NCBI GenBank assembly: GCA_965112155.1
Contig: OZ218099.1
Length of the DNA: 64,000 bases
Strand: one strand, 5' to 3'
Origin: Podarcis liolepis
Taxonomy: Eukaryota
How positions within the stretch are numbered: position 1 is the stretch's first letter; each line of letters starts with the position of its first letter. The notes under the pieces were generated by a model. The model made no database searches, was not told where the DNA came from, and saw only the letters and a list, made by a program, of their open reading frames with translations. Both the position numbers and the translations under genes were made by a program. Below, in pieces: positions 45,001 through 57,900 of the stretch.

Positions 45001-48000
45001 TTGCGAGGCATTCGTCTTGCGGGGCACCACTGTACTGTACATTACTAGTGAGTGGGATTTCTGTTCAAGATATGGAGAGCATGCTGCATGAAGCATTAAT
45101 AGCAACTAGCTGAAAATTGAGAAACCCTGGGGAACTGTAGGGTTGGCACCCTGCCTGAGCAAGACAGTAAAAACCTACAATTCTTAATTATGAATGTTCC
45201 TAAACATACTTAACAAAATTCAATTGTGGCATACCATTTTCTGACTAAAAGCCAGAAAGTATCTCATACAATCTTAGAGTTGGAAGGGATCTTGAGGATC
45301 ATGTAGTCCAGCCCCCTGCTATATAGGAATGTGCAGCTGGTCCCTTACAGGGATCAAACCTGCAACCTTGGTATTGTTAGCACCACACTCTAACCAACTG
45401 AGGTATCTAAACAGTGGGCCAGCAAATAAACTCTTCCTTAGTCTAGATGTTGAACAAGACAAACAAATCAAGCAGGGTACAGGGAGGGGATGTTGTTGGT
45501 AATTGTATAGTAGAAACTTCATATGCAGCTTATTTAGAAAATCTTAGTAAAATGTTCATTGGGGGGACGGAAACGATGAGCCACAATTTCTGTAGCTGCT
45601 TTCAGCTCTGAAGCTCAACAACTTTGGGGTAAACTTAAGTCCTGAAAAAAGCTAGTAGTTGATGACAGGTGACTGGACCTGACATTCAGCGTTAGGGTAT
45701 TTAAGGACTCCCGTGTGTTTAATGATTCAGTTGACTTCTGGTTTGTCAAATGTTGTTTGTTTGGGTGCCTGCCGTACTAGTTCAGTGGATTTATACAGTG
45801 TTAATATAGCTTAAAGATAAAAGGCAAAATTAAAGACATCTGCTTTCTGTTATGTTAAGATCGAAAAGATTACAATCTGAGGAGTTGACTCTTCATATAT
45901 TGATGTTCCTTCCTGTTTGCAGCTGGGATAATATTTTTTTTGTTCTCGCCTCCGCAAAATAAATATAGTTGTCATGCAGGAATCTGGAAAAAGGGGTTTA
46001 TTTACAGAGGTATACATGAATTTCTCCCTTTACCTTTAGCAGAATCCACAATGTAACCTGCTCAGCTTCCTAATATTTCCCCCCAGAAAAAAAAATAGTT
46101 TCTCATCTTAAGTTTGGCATTTGTCCTACGGGCTTGTCACGAAGCTGGCAAACAGGATACATCCATGGGAAGTATGGTTTGTTTTGGGCCTTCTCCCAGT
46201 ATTTTTCCTCCCACCCTCATTGTTGGACAGGAAAACTTCCTGCTTTTACTCTCCCACAGCTCCATGCAGACTTAAATTGGCACAATGTATTGAAGTTAAT
46301 GTATGCCATATAATTTTCAATAGATGAAAATAGTTTGTCATGCAATTCTCACCTTGCATGTTTGTTTCCTGAATCCTGGTGGATTTCTAGATTGGATTGG
46401 GGGTTCTTGCCCTTCCTCTGAAGTAATAATCTGTTATTAAATTGTATATGTGTAAAGCAATTTACATATACATTAAAGCCAAGAAGTCTGACAGGTTGAG
46501 AACATTAGCTGCTTACAGGCCTTTATATATGTTCCTCATCTTGTATAGATGTTGCCTTTTAACCAATCAAGTTCTGAATATGTAGATTATACTTTTTAAC
46601 TTTTTAACATTTTTTATTATTGCAAGCATATCTTCCTTTTTAATAGAAAATTTGCTTGATAGTCTGAAGAACATCTCCTGGTGACTTAGCAAAGAACTGT
46701 GTGAACGACAAATATTGCCATTATCATTATCTAGAACTCCTGTCCTGTTTCTCCTGTTCATGTGGGAAAGTGCAGAAAGCTGTACGACTCCCTGTGGGCC
46801 ACATTTGATAGGTTGGTGAGACCACCCACTTGCCAATCACCTATTGTCATAATTTCAGGTGATTGATATTTGTTCATGTTCTTAAAGCAGTTGCTGTAAC
46901 TACTGATCCTTTGAAAATACTGGAGGATGTGGCTTTGAGTCCAAGCCTCTTTCTTCAGCCCTCTCAGCTTCATAAATATAGCTAGCTTAAAAATGAAAAA
47001 AAAAACCTTAAGTGTTTCAGATTTGATAGTATTAATATGTTGTGATAGCTTGAATTAATAGCTTAGTTACAGATTTGGTACTGTCAGGTGCATAATAAAT
47101 TCCTTTGTCTAGAATTACTGTTATGGACTACCGTGCAAATGTCCTGCACACATGCTCTATAACCTGAACTTGCAGGTGATATTTAACTTACTGGGAATCA
47201 GTGTATTTAAAAGTTGTGATAGCTCATGATTGCAAAGAGAAATTTAAACTGCCATTCTGTGACAAGCGGCATTTTTCAGTAACTCCAATATCCTAAAGAT
47301 GAGATAGTCAAGGCTGACTATGAAGAAGGAAATGATCCAGGTTGCACATAACACCAGGTCATGTTTTAGTGCAAGAGCTGGAACGAGTCCAAACAATGCT
47401 GCAGGCTCCCACCCTCCTCTCCTCCTGTATTCCTGCAACATTTGGCTTCACTTTCCATGAATCTTGGCTTGTCCTTGACTACAAAGCAGAGTTTAGTGGT
47501 TTAAAACAAATCCAGGTTAGTTTTGAAATAAACCAGATTCATAATCCATAGTTTGAAGTTGCCTCTTTGCTTCATATGTTGGGACAAGCCAGGAAGTGAA
47601 ACAAAATAATATAAGAGGAGAGGCAGGTGGAGGATAGGATTGAGACTTTGGTCATGATAGTGCTAAACCATGATTTAGTGTTAATGTGAGCCAGACCATT
47701 ATTGAGCTGCTTGTGTTTTGGGGAAGGTTTTTTGGTTGCTTTCTAGTAGCAAACATAATAGTAGGAGCACACAACTTCAAACGTGATCCGTTTGACCTAA
47801 AGCTTGCAATGAGTCACCGCTACCACTAGAAATCTTGGGCAACATGTACAACCTGTACTGTTTCTGGAAGGTCCTGTCATCTAAAGTGCAAAGCAGCTTT
47901 TATTGATTGCTCTGGCCTTGCTGTCATGCCATACCAGTTATCAGGTAGGACAGAAGTGCTATGATTGACCTTGGTTTACAAAAGTGCAAAAGGTTGGCTG

Positions 48001-51000
48001 TTCTTACTGTCTGTTTGGGATATTTTCCTGATGATGCAAGGTAGCCAGCGGCCGAATAACCCAGCCTTTATTTGCAAACTGATTTGATTAGAGTGGTTGA
48101 CAGCATAGCATGTTTAGAAGAAGTATACGTTTAACTTGACCCGTTCTCCCATCAGACACCCACAACATTCCAGAGCTCAAGGTTACGATAACAAAAGATT
48201 GTCTTGTTCTGTACTGCTCCTCAGTGAGATCCAAAAATGACTGATGACACCCTAACATTTGCATGACCTTTCATTGTGCTGAGGGTGTTCACATATAGCC
48301 GTGGGTTCCATTTGTGTCCCTAGGGTTGTGATACCTCTATCTCAGAGAAATTTGGAAATTTGAAAGTAGTAATTTAAAAACCTTCCTCTTCTGATATTCA
48401 CTGTAGTCATTTTAATGACATTCTCAGTCCTACTCTGCACTAATACCCTCTCATATTTTGTACATCTGAATAAAACAGTGCTTTCCCTTTTTATATGACA
48501 GATCAACCTTTATACCAAAAAATCGGAGCCAAGTCTGGGGAAAGTGCTGTTTAAGTCTTTCACATTATAATATCTGCACCTTGTGAAGTCCATAGAATCA
48601 TAGACCTGTAGAGTTGCAAAGGGACCACAAGGGTCATCTAGTCCAACCCTCTGCAATGCAGGAATCTTCTGTCCAATGTAGGGCTTGAACCCACAACCCT
48701 GAGATTAAGACTCTTATACTCTACCGACAGAGCTATCCCATGATTCATAGGATCATTCATCTTTGCAACTGCCACACACTCACTATGTACAATAGCATTT
48801 ATTATTCCATGTATTACATAAATTTTGATAGTCTTATTTGGCCCAGGGATACAGGTTTCATGAGGCTTGAAACCTAGGAGACTTAGCTGCTAGAGCCATG
48901 TGTGAAAAAGAAGGAAAAACACTCTTGCCTTGATGAAGGCACCACTTGATTCTGCTGCAAGTGCTTCTGAGTTGGACGATATATTGCAACGGTCTAGATT
49001 TGACTGTCCACTCATTTAAGAGGGAAGCAGTGTACAGCTCTGGTCCACACATCTCAGGAAGGCTGTTGTAGAACTGAAAGAGATGCAGGAAGCAGCAACC
49101 AAAGTGACTAGGGTCCTGGAACAACTTCTCTGTGAAGAAAAGTTTGGAGCTTTTAAATTCATTGGGCGGTGTGAATAAGGGGGAGCATAACAGAGGTGCT
49201 CGTTTGCTTAATAGTGGGAGATTCAGGAAGTAACGCTTCACACAGCATATAGCTAAACTTTGGCATTTACTTCTGCAAAATTTAGCAATGGCCACCAACT
49301 TAGGTGGCATTAAAAATGGATTTGACAGATTCATGGAGCATACGGGTATCTAGCTGCTCGTTTTGATGGTTAAATACTACCTCCAGGACAAGAGACACCA
49401 TGGCTCTGATTTACTGTGATTTACTTAATGTTCTAAAATGATTCCATGTAGTAATGAGAGGCATGAAAACAGCATTGAGCTAGTTCAGTCATGAAGCACT
49501 GGGCACACCTCACTCTGCAGTAAGCAGGATTCATATCCTCTGGGCAAAGTGAGCACTTGATGGTTGATTACTCAGCAGGGCCTGTTTACTTCATTGTGAC
49601 GAGTGCCTCAGATATACCCCAAGGCTGTGAAGTCTACAGCTGCGCACAAACCATACATTCAAAGCACATGACTTCCCCCAAAGAATCCTGGGAACTGTAG
49701 TTTAAGGGTGCTGCAAATTGTAGCCCTCTGAGGGGTGAACTACAGCTTCCAGGATTCTCATAATGTGCCATTCATTGGTAAAATTCTTCCTTTAAAACAA
49801 GGATTTTGAAGACTTTGTAGGCACTTATGAACTATAGTTGGTCTACTGGAAAACCATATACTGGTAACTTTCCAAAATCACACACATAGATATCTATGTA
49901 TCTGTGTTTTTCTAATATTGAATAGTTCTCTGTTCTGTTTGGACATTTGATACTTTCCTATAGTTTCAGTGCTTCAAATTGAAGCCAAAAGCAAGAGTGC
50001 AGGCAGGACACAAGTTTCTATTTTTCCATCAGAAATATTAACTTAAAGTGTATATGTACTAAAAATAGTTCTGTGTGTTAATGAACTAAAATCTTGCCAT
50101 TAATTAATTAAAACACCTTTATTCATGTTGCAGCCCTATTTCAAAGGCAGCCTGGAGATGTCAGATGGCTCTCTGACATGCAGTCCCCCCCCCCAGCTTG
50201 ATCACCTCTATAAAGTTCAACATCATTATGAATCCACTTCTTCTATCATATATTCATTACCTTTACTTGGATATAAATGTCATGGAGTATAAGGCTTTCT
50301 ATGCTTACGAGCTACAATGGTTATGTTTACCTCCACTCTCCTAGGCAGTATGCCTCTGAATGTCAGTTGCCACTCAACAAAAGTGCAGAGAGTGCTGTTG
50401 CGCTCAGGTTGTGCTTTTGGACTTCCCACAGGCATCTGGTTGGCCGTTGTGAGAACAGGGATGCTGAACTAGATGCACCACTGGCCTGATCCAGCAAGCT
50501 CCTCTTACATTCTGGATTTAAATAAATCTTTTAGCGAAAGCAGTTCTAATTATTCATCAGTTCATTGTGCATAAGTTTCCACATGGAAGACTATTTTGAA
50601 GAATGCCTTTGCAGCCTTAGGAAGAAATAGCAGCCCAGTTCACTGCACTTTTGCAAAAAAACAAAAGCTAGACGAGAGTTTTATGACCCCCGCCTTCTTG
50701 TAGCTACATAGTGTTCTTTAGCAAAGGAGCTGTAAAAACCCCTTCACTGTTGCTAGTGATAGGAAAAAAACAAACCATGAACTTGTAATCCCCTAAGGCC
50801 GGCCTAGGGACACTATGGGCATTTAGAAATGTGTACATTGCCATCTTGGATTTGGCAGAGCAGATTTCCAAACTAGCTAACTGAACCCTGGCTTCCCAAA
50901 AAGCCATTACTTTTGTCCACCGAAAATTGAAAAGGGAACTATAGTAGCACAGTTGCATTGCTAGCCAACAAGCAGGCTGCATTTGTCTACTTGAATGAAT

Positions 51001-51916
51001 AGGATCAGTGTTTAAGGACCTGTGGGCATTCAGGCAGAGTCTTGGCAAATTACGAAAGACTTGCTCGATGAAGAGAGGATGGAGCTCCCAATGTCTGCTT
51101 CTTTTTGTCTAAGGTTAATTTAATAGGAACTTGGGCTTCTTGATGCTTGCCCTTTCTCTTTGTTTGCCTTGCATCCCTCATCCTGACACTTCTGGCTTCT
51201 CGTAATCTGCACTGACTTAATTTCTCAGGAGTATCCTGGGTATAAAACCTTCCCTTTCAAGACCTCCTTGGTCTGCCACTCTATGTAAATGTGAAGGTGC
51301 AGTTCTTGTGAGTGTCCCTTTGACTCTGTATTAAAGGAGCTAAGTTAATTGGTCTTGAAACCTACCTTTTCCTCTTAGTACACTTCCAGATTCACTGCAT
51401 TGACTGATTACTGTTTTACCAACAAGAATATGCACATAAAGTTGTATCCAATCAAGTTTTCCCACTGGCAGAGATACCTCTGCGGATGCAACAACACTTC
51501 TGTCCTTTCTGTTTGCCCCCACAATCTTATCTAATAATTCTAACACTATTTTGGATAGAAACGGAGGACATCCATTATTTAAATGATGGAAGATTTGGGT
51601 GAGGGCAGCCACCTACTTGAGAATATACATTATATTAACTTCAGCCATGTTTCTGACAATATAGTGACATGAGGGCTCTAACCACAGTTGTCTTGGAGTA
51701 AAAATAGTTCTCTGGAATCATAGGTATTGATTACTGTGAGAGGTGCAGTTGCTAGATATTGGGTTGGCACATACATAATAAGCCAGAATACTTTGAAAGT
51801 GAAATGAAACATTAGTGAAGGTGTTTCTTCCGTCCCTCAAGAGAGTAGAGGGGGAGCATGCAGGTCCAAGGCAGGCTGTCTCTGGCTCACGGACATCGCA
51901 TTAAAACACAGTTTTA

Positions 51917-51951
<35 letters not shown>

Positions 51952-54900
51952 CCAGCCCAATGTGCCTTGTTATGTGACCCAATTTGAAATTGAGTTATAG
52001 CATATTTGCAATTCAGTTGAAATATATAGTGGTCTTCTCAAAGTTTTTCAGTTGTGTCTTTGTGACACATGCATACTATAAAAGTCTTCGTATAATGTAA
52101 GTATTTAAAGCATGTTCACAGCATTGGTGGGGCGCTTGTAACTTTTGAAATGTGGCTGGACTCTAATTCCCATCAGTCCCAGTCAAAATGGTCAGTGGTC
52201 AGGGATGATGGGAGAACTTTGTAAATCAGTAACATCTGAAGAGCCACTGGTTCCCCATCTGTAGGATTGGCTAGTACACACCTGTTTTAAAGGGCTTATT
52301 GTACTTACAACTTTTGCTTTTCTCTTGTTTAGGACTTTTCAGAACTGGAGAAGAGAGATCCCCAAGAACTAGTTGGTGAGTATGAACAAGCTCTAGCATG
52401 CCTGTTCTCGTCTATGTTTCCTTGCCCTTCCTGCTCTTCTTGGTTGGCATATGATACAGTATTGGGGATATGCTGGGTTTTTGGGAGGTTGCCAGAGGTT
52501 ACCATTTTGAGAAGAGCAGAAACATTTATGGAAAACTTCCATTGCAGTCATTGTTCTCCAGTCTGCTGCTGCTTAGGTTTTGGAGCAGGGGAAAGAGGGA
52601 AGCCACCCCCTATTTTTTTTTTCATATAAAATTTTTATTGGTTTTACAACATTTTAAAAAGACAAACAAACAATGAAAATGACAAACCAACACGCATAGT
52701 TTCATACATATTTTCTTATAAACCTCTTTTCTTGGACTTCCCCATACCCCCCCTCTCTGCATCCCAATGTCCATACTTCAACTAGCAACTCCCAGTTATT
52801 GCTTTCAAGTCTCTGTCAACTTAGTTCTTTTCTATCTTCTAACCATATATCCCTGTACCCCCTTGTTTCTGAAAACCACGACATTTTTAACATTCATTAA
52901 GTTTATAATAGTCCTTCAGATAACTTTTAAATTTTCTCCAGTCTTCTTCCACCGTCTCTTTTCGTTGGTCACGGATTCTGCCTGTCATCTCGGCCAATGT
53001 CATATAGTCCATCACTTTCATCTGCCATTCTTCCAGAGTGGGTAAATCTTGTGTCTTCCAATACTTTGCGATGAGTATTCTTGCCGCTGTTGTAGCATAC
53101 ATAAAAAAAGTTCTATCCTTCTTTGTCACCAATTGGCCGACAATGCCCAAAAGAAAGGCCTCTGGCTTTTTGGAAAAGGTACATTTAAGTACCTTTTTCA
53201 TTTCATTATAGATCATTTCCCAGAAGGCCTTAATCTTCGGGCAAGTCCACCAAAGGTGACAAAAAGTACCTTCAGTCTCTTTACACTTCCAACATTTATT
53301 ATCAGGCAAATGATAGATTTTTGCCAGCTTGACTGGGGTCATGTACCACCTGTATACCATTTTCATAATGTTTTCCTTTAAGGCATTACATGCCGTAAAT
53401 TTGATACCGGTGTTCCATAACCATTCCCAGTCAGCTGACATGATGTTATGTCCAACATCCTGAGCCCACTTAATCATAGCAGATTTTACTGTTTCATCCT
53501 GTGTGTTCCATTTCAACAGCAAGTTATACATTCTAGATAAAATCTTAGTATTGGGTTCTAACAGTTCAGTTTCTAATTTTGATTTTTCCACCTGGAAACC
53601 AATTTTCCTGTCCTGTTTAAAAAATTCCATTATTTGACGATATTGAAACCAGTTTCCAACTTTATGCTTCAATTTCTCCTGACTTTGTAGTCTGAACTTG
53701 TCTCCATCCTGTTCTAAGATTTCCCAATACTTCGGCCATCCGGCCTCCGTATTGAGTCTCTTCACTGCTTTGGCCTCCACTGGCGACACCCATCTAGGGG
53801 TTTTATTTTCCAATAGATCTTTGTATCTTATCCAAACATTAATCAATGCTTTCCTAACAATGTGATTTTTAAAAGCGCTGTTTACTTTATCATACCAAAG
53901 ATATGCATGCCAACCAAAAGCATTGTTAAAACCTTCCAGATCCAAGATATCAGTGTTCTCGAGGAGCATCCATTCTTTCAGCCAGCAGAAAGCTGCTGCC
54001 TCGTAGTACAATTTTAAGTCCGGCAGGGCAAAACCCCCTCTTTCTTTAGCATCTGTTAATATTTTGAATTTAATTCTGGGCTTTTTGCCCTGCCAGACAA
54101 ATTTCGAAATATCTTTCTGCCACCTCTTGAAACATTCCATCTTGTCGAGAATCTGCAAGGTCTGAAACAGAAAAAGCATTCTAGGCAATACATTCATTTT
54201 AATCACAGCGATTCGGCCTAGCATTGACAGTTTCAAATTTGACCATATTTCTAGATCTTTTTTAATTTCTGACCAACATTTTTCATAATTGTCCTTGTAC
54301 AAATTCAGATTTTTAGATGTTAAATAAACCCCTAGGTATTTCACCTTCTTTACCACAGTCAAACCTGTTTCCTCTTGAAATTTCTCCTTTTCCATATCTG
54401 TTAAATTTTTCCCTAAAACTTTAGTTTTTTGCTTGTTCAACTTAAATCCAGCTACCTGGCCAAACTGTTGTATTATTTCTAAAACCTTTTTTGTACTAGT
54501 GTTTGGCTCTTGCAAAGTCAATACCAGGTCATCTGCGAACGCTCTTAACTTGTAATGTTTAGCTCCGACCTGCACACCTTTAACCTGCTGGTCAGGGAAG
54601 CCACCCCCTATTGTCAGGCCAAGGAACATTTGCTTTGGCATGCATGTCCCTTGGAAAGTGCTGCAGCTAAAAGGGAAGGCTTCAGGTTTTGTATGCAGAT
54701 ACCAATCCTCTATACTGCAATACTTTACTTAAGTGCAAAGCAAAGGAGGCTCATTTCCCAAGGGGTAAAAATGTTCGTAAAAACTTCCCAGCCACTTCAT
54801 TTATGCTCAGCACTCTATAGTACAGTCGTACCTTGGTTCTTGAACACCTTGGTACTCAGATGTTTTGACTCCCGAACGCCGCAAACCCGGAAGTGAGTGT

Positions 54901-57900
54901 TCCACTTTGCAAACGTTTTTTGGAAGCTGAACGACCGAAGTGGCTTCTGCGGCCTCCGATTGAGTGCAGGAAACTCCTGCAGCCAATTGGAAGCAGCACC
55001 TTGGTTTTCAAACCATTTCGGGAGTGGAATGGACTCCCGGAACGGGTTAAGTTCGACAACCAAGGTACGACTGTATAGGCACAGATTGAATTGGTCACAT
55101 TTGTTAACATTTTATTCCCATTCATTCCCATTCATAGGAAATGCTACCTGTATAAACTGTGGTTTTGATACTAGTGGCTGCATCTTGCTTCTTTGAAGGA
55201 TTTTCTGATGCAGCAACTAAATGTACCTTAGAGCAGGGACTCCCAAACTCTGATGTGTGAGATTCAGGTGTCCCATAGCATGTCAGTAAAATTGCAATTA
55301 AAAATCATACAGCACTTAGGACAGCACATTCCAATTGCTACAACTAGCAGAAAAATCATTAGGTGGTCGCCCACGACCCCCAGCAATTTTCAAGTAGACA
55401 GGTGTCTTAGAGCATTATGTCTCAGTGTCTTAGAGCATCATGTGGTTCATTCTTCACACTACACACGGGTCCTGCTTTACTAATGTTCACTGTGTGGAAA
55501 TTCACTTATCCAAATGTGAGGAATTAGTACCCAGACCTTGCTATACACACTACAGAATCAGATATCTGAACAAACAGCATTTTTTTACTTCTTTGTTTGC
55601 CTTTTCCTGGTTGGCTAAAGAATGGAGGGGGAGTCATAAGATTTTTCTGGGGGGGGGGGTTGGCTTTTGGGTGTCAAATACCCTTGTTCGGGAACGGACT
55701 ACAAATTTTGCCATAGGAATCAATGGAAATTGTTGGTTCATTATGCAAATGCTCACTTAACAAATGATTTCCAGGGAATTCATTGTATTTGATAATCTGG
55801 ACATGTGCATATATGCAAAATTGTATAGCAGTTTTTCAGTGTATATGAAAATATACGCAGTACTCTAGAGCTTGTATACAAGAGTTGCAAATGTATCAGA
55901 TTAGAAAAGATCAGAATGTGCTGATCTTGTTCTGCATTCTTGAGCCCACAAACAGAAGTCAGTAACTGTAGTGGCCTTTCAAAATTGGATGACTCAGTGG
56001 CATATTGATGCCTCATATACTTCCCTACAGTTCTATTGTTAGTTGCCAGGAAATAACGAACACCCTCTCTCCCAGGCATGAAGTTACAGCTGGCCCATCC
56101 CATTTGAGACTGAAGAAGATTTAAGTATATAAATGATGCTTCCTTTTGGGTTAGAATTGGGGGAATGTCTCAGAGTGATTTTGCACACTTGGCTGCAGTT
56201 CACCAGCTGGCTGTAAATGTGTAAAATAATTTAAAAGCACTATTTATTATTCAATGCAAGATCAATTGCAGAATGCGTTATTTATTGAAGAAGAAAGTTG
56301 ACCCTCTCTCTATACCAGTGTTTCTCAACCTTGGGTCCCCAGATGTTGTTGGACTGCAACTCCCATCATCCCTGAGCTCTGGCCTAGTTAGCTAGAGGTG
56401 ATGGGAGTTGTAGTTCAGCAACATCTGAGGACCCAAGGTTGAGAAAGGCTGCTCTATACAGATACCCTGTAGAAGATTTATAACTACATAAGTGGTGAAC
56501 CTGCAGTAAAATGTGATGCAGCGCTCCTCTTCAAGATAACCATCCTTTATTTCCCATCCTTCAGTTTCCCCACTCCCAATGGTCAGCATTCCATACCCAC
56601 TGAGCAGACTCAGTCCTTACTGCATTGTTGGTGGGATCAGTCCATCTCTGCTTAGAGTTTATTCTAAAAATACTTAAGCAAACCTTGGGGTTCCCCCAGT
56701 CTGTTGTTACCTCCCTTTTATGGGTGGGAGATGCTGCTTAGTCTAATGGCAACTAATTATAACCAATCAATAAAAGCAACCTAGTATCAATCTAGTTTCA
56801 CTTTAATCCATTTAATACTAGTGGCACCTCGGTTTTCAAATGTCTCTGTTGACGAACGTTTCGGTTTTCAATCACTGTAAACCTGGAAGTAAATGCTTCA
56901 GTTTTCGAACACTTTTTGGAAGTTGAACATGCCACGTGGCTTCCGTATTGAGTTTTCAGTTATCAAACGTTTCAGAACTCGACAATCTTCCGGAATGGAT
57001 TACGTTCAAAAACCAAGGTACCACTGTATTCCAGTCCATGATCTAAAATAGCCCTTAGAGTGGGGTGAATTACTGGTAATAGTAGGTAAGCTTATGGCCG
57101 TCTTAATTCCAAACCTTTGACCTGGCTAATAAAACTAGCTTTGTTCAGTTCCTCTTGTAGCCTTTTGGCAAAAACAGAAACTTAAAAGGAGTCCCCAATA
57201 TTGTTGTGGAGACTTCTTCCATTATTCTTCCCTTCAGAAATCCATTGGCATAATAAACATAATTGAGAAGCATAATGATAGAATTAGATGAGCTAATTCC
57301 TTATTTCTTACTACAGATCTTTGTCTTGTTTTGGTATGCTGGAGGTACTAGCTAAAATTTGTAGATCTTGTTCGGATCCTTTGCAGTCTAGAATCAAGCA
57401 AGGAACCACTGCATTTGTCCTTAAGGCCGGCCAGCTAGCAGCTTAAATTGCTTCAGAACCTTAGCTGGAGTCAGTTATCTCTTTAGGGATTTTCATCCAT
57501 ATGCATGGCATGTCAAATAGCCAACTGTGGACAATTGTACAATCCCAGTTCTGTGTTTTGGTTTTCACAACCATGGGCTAGGGACACATATGGTGTCAAA
57601 AGCCTCCCTGCTACACATTTAGACATGTGATGGATTTGGGCAGCCAAGTGGCCACTAGGACACTTTAAATGTGATCATATGAGAATGATTCCCCATGGTG
57701 GGTAATTGTTTGTATCAACCCCAGTGCAAAGCTTCTGGTCTTCACAGCATGCATGGTTTGGCGTACAAGAGGCATTAAAGGCTGTATTTTGAGGAAGGAT
57801 TTTAAAGGCACTAGCATTCCAAGAAAATGCTCGTGTTTTGTGAGGCAGCAAAGAGGAACTGTAAATCTTTTTGAATTGAGAGAAAAACCTGGCCCTGTTG

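Noticed and set aside
52887-54641. Domesticated 584-aa host gene
   Set aside because: TSD, poly(A) tail and 5' truncation show a recent L1 insertion
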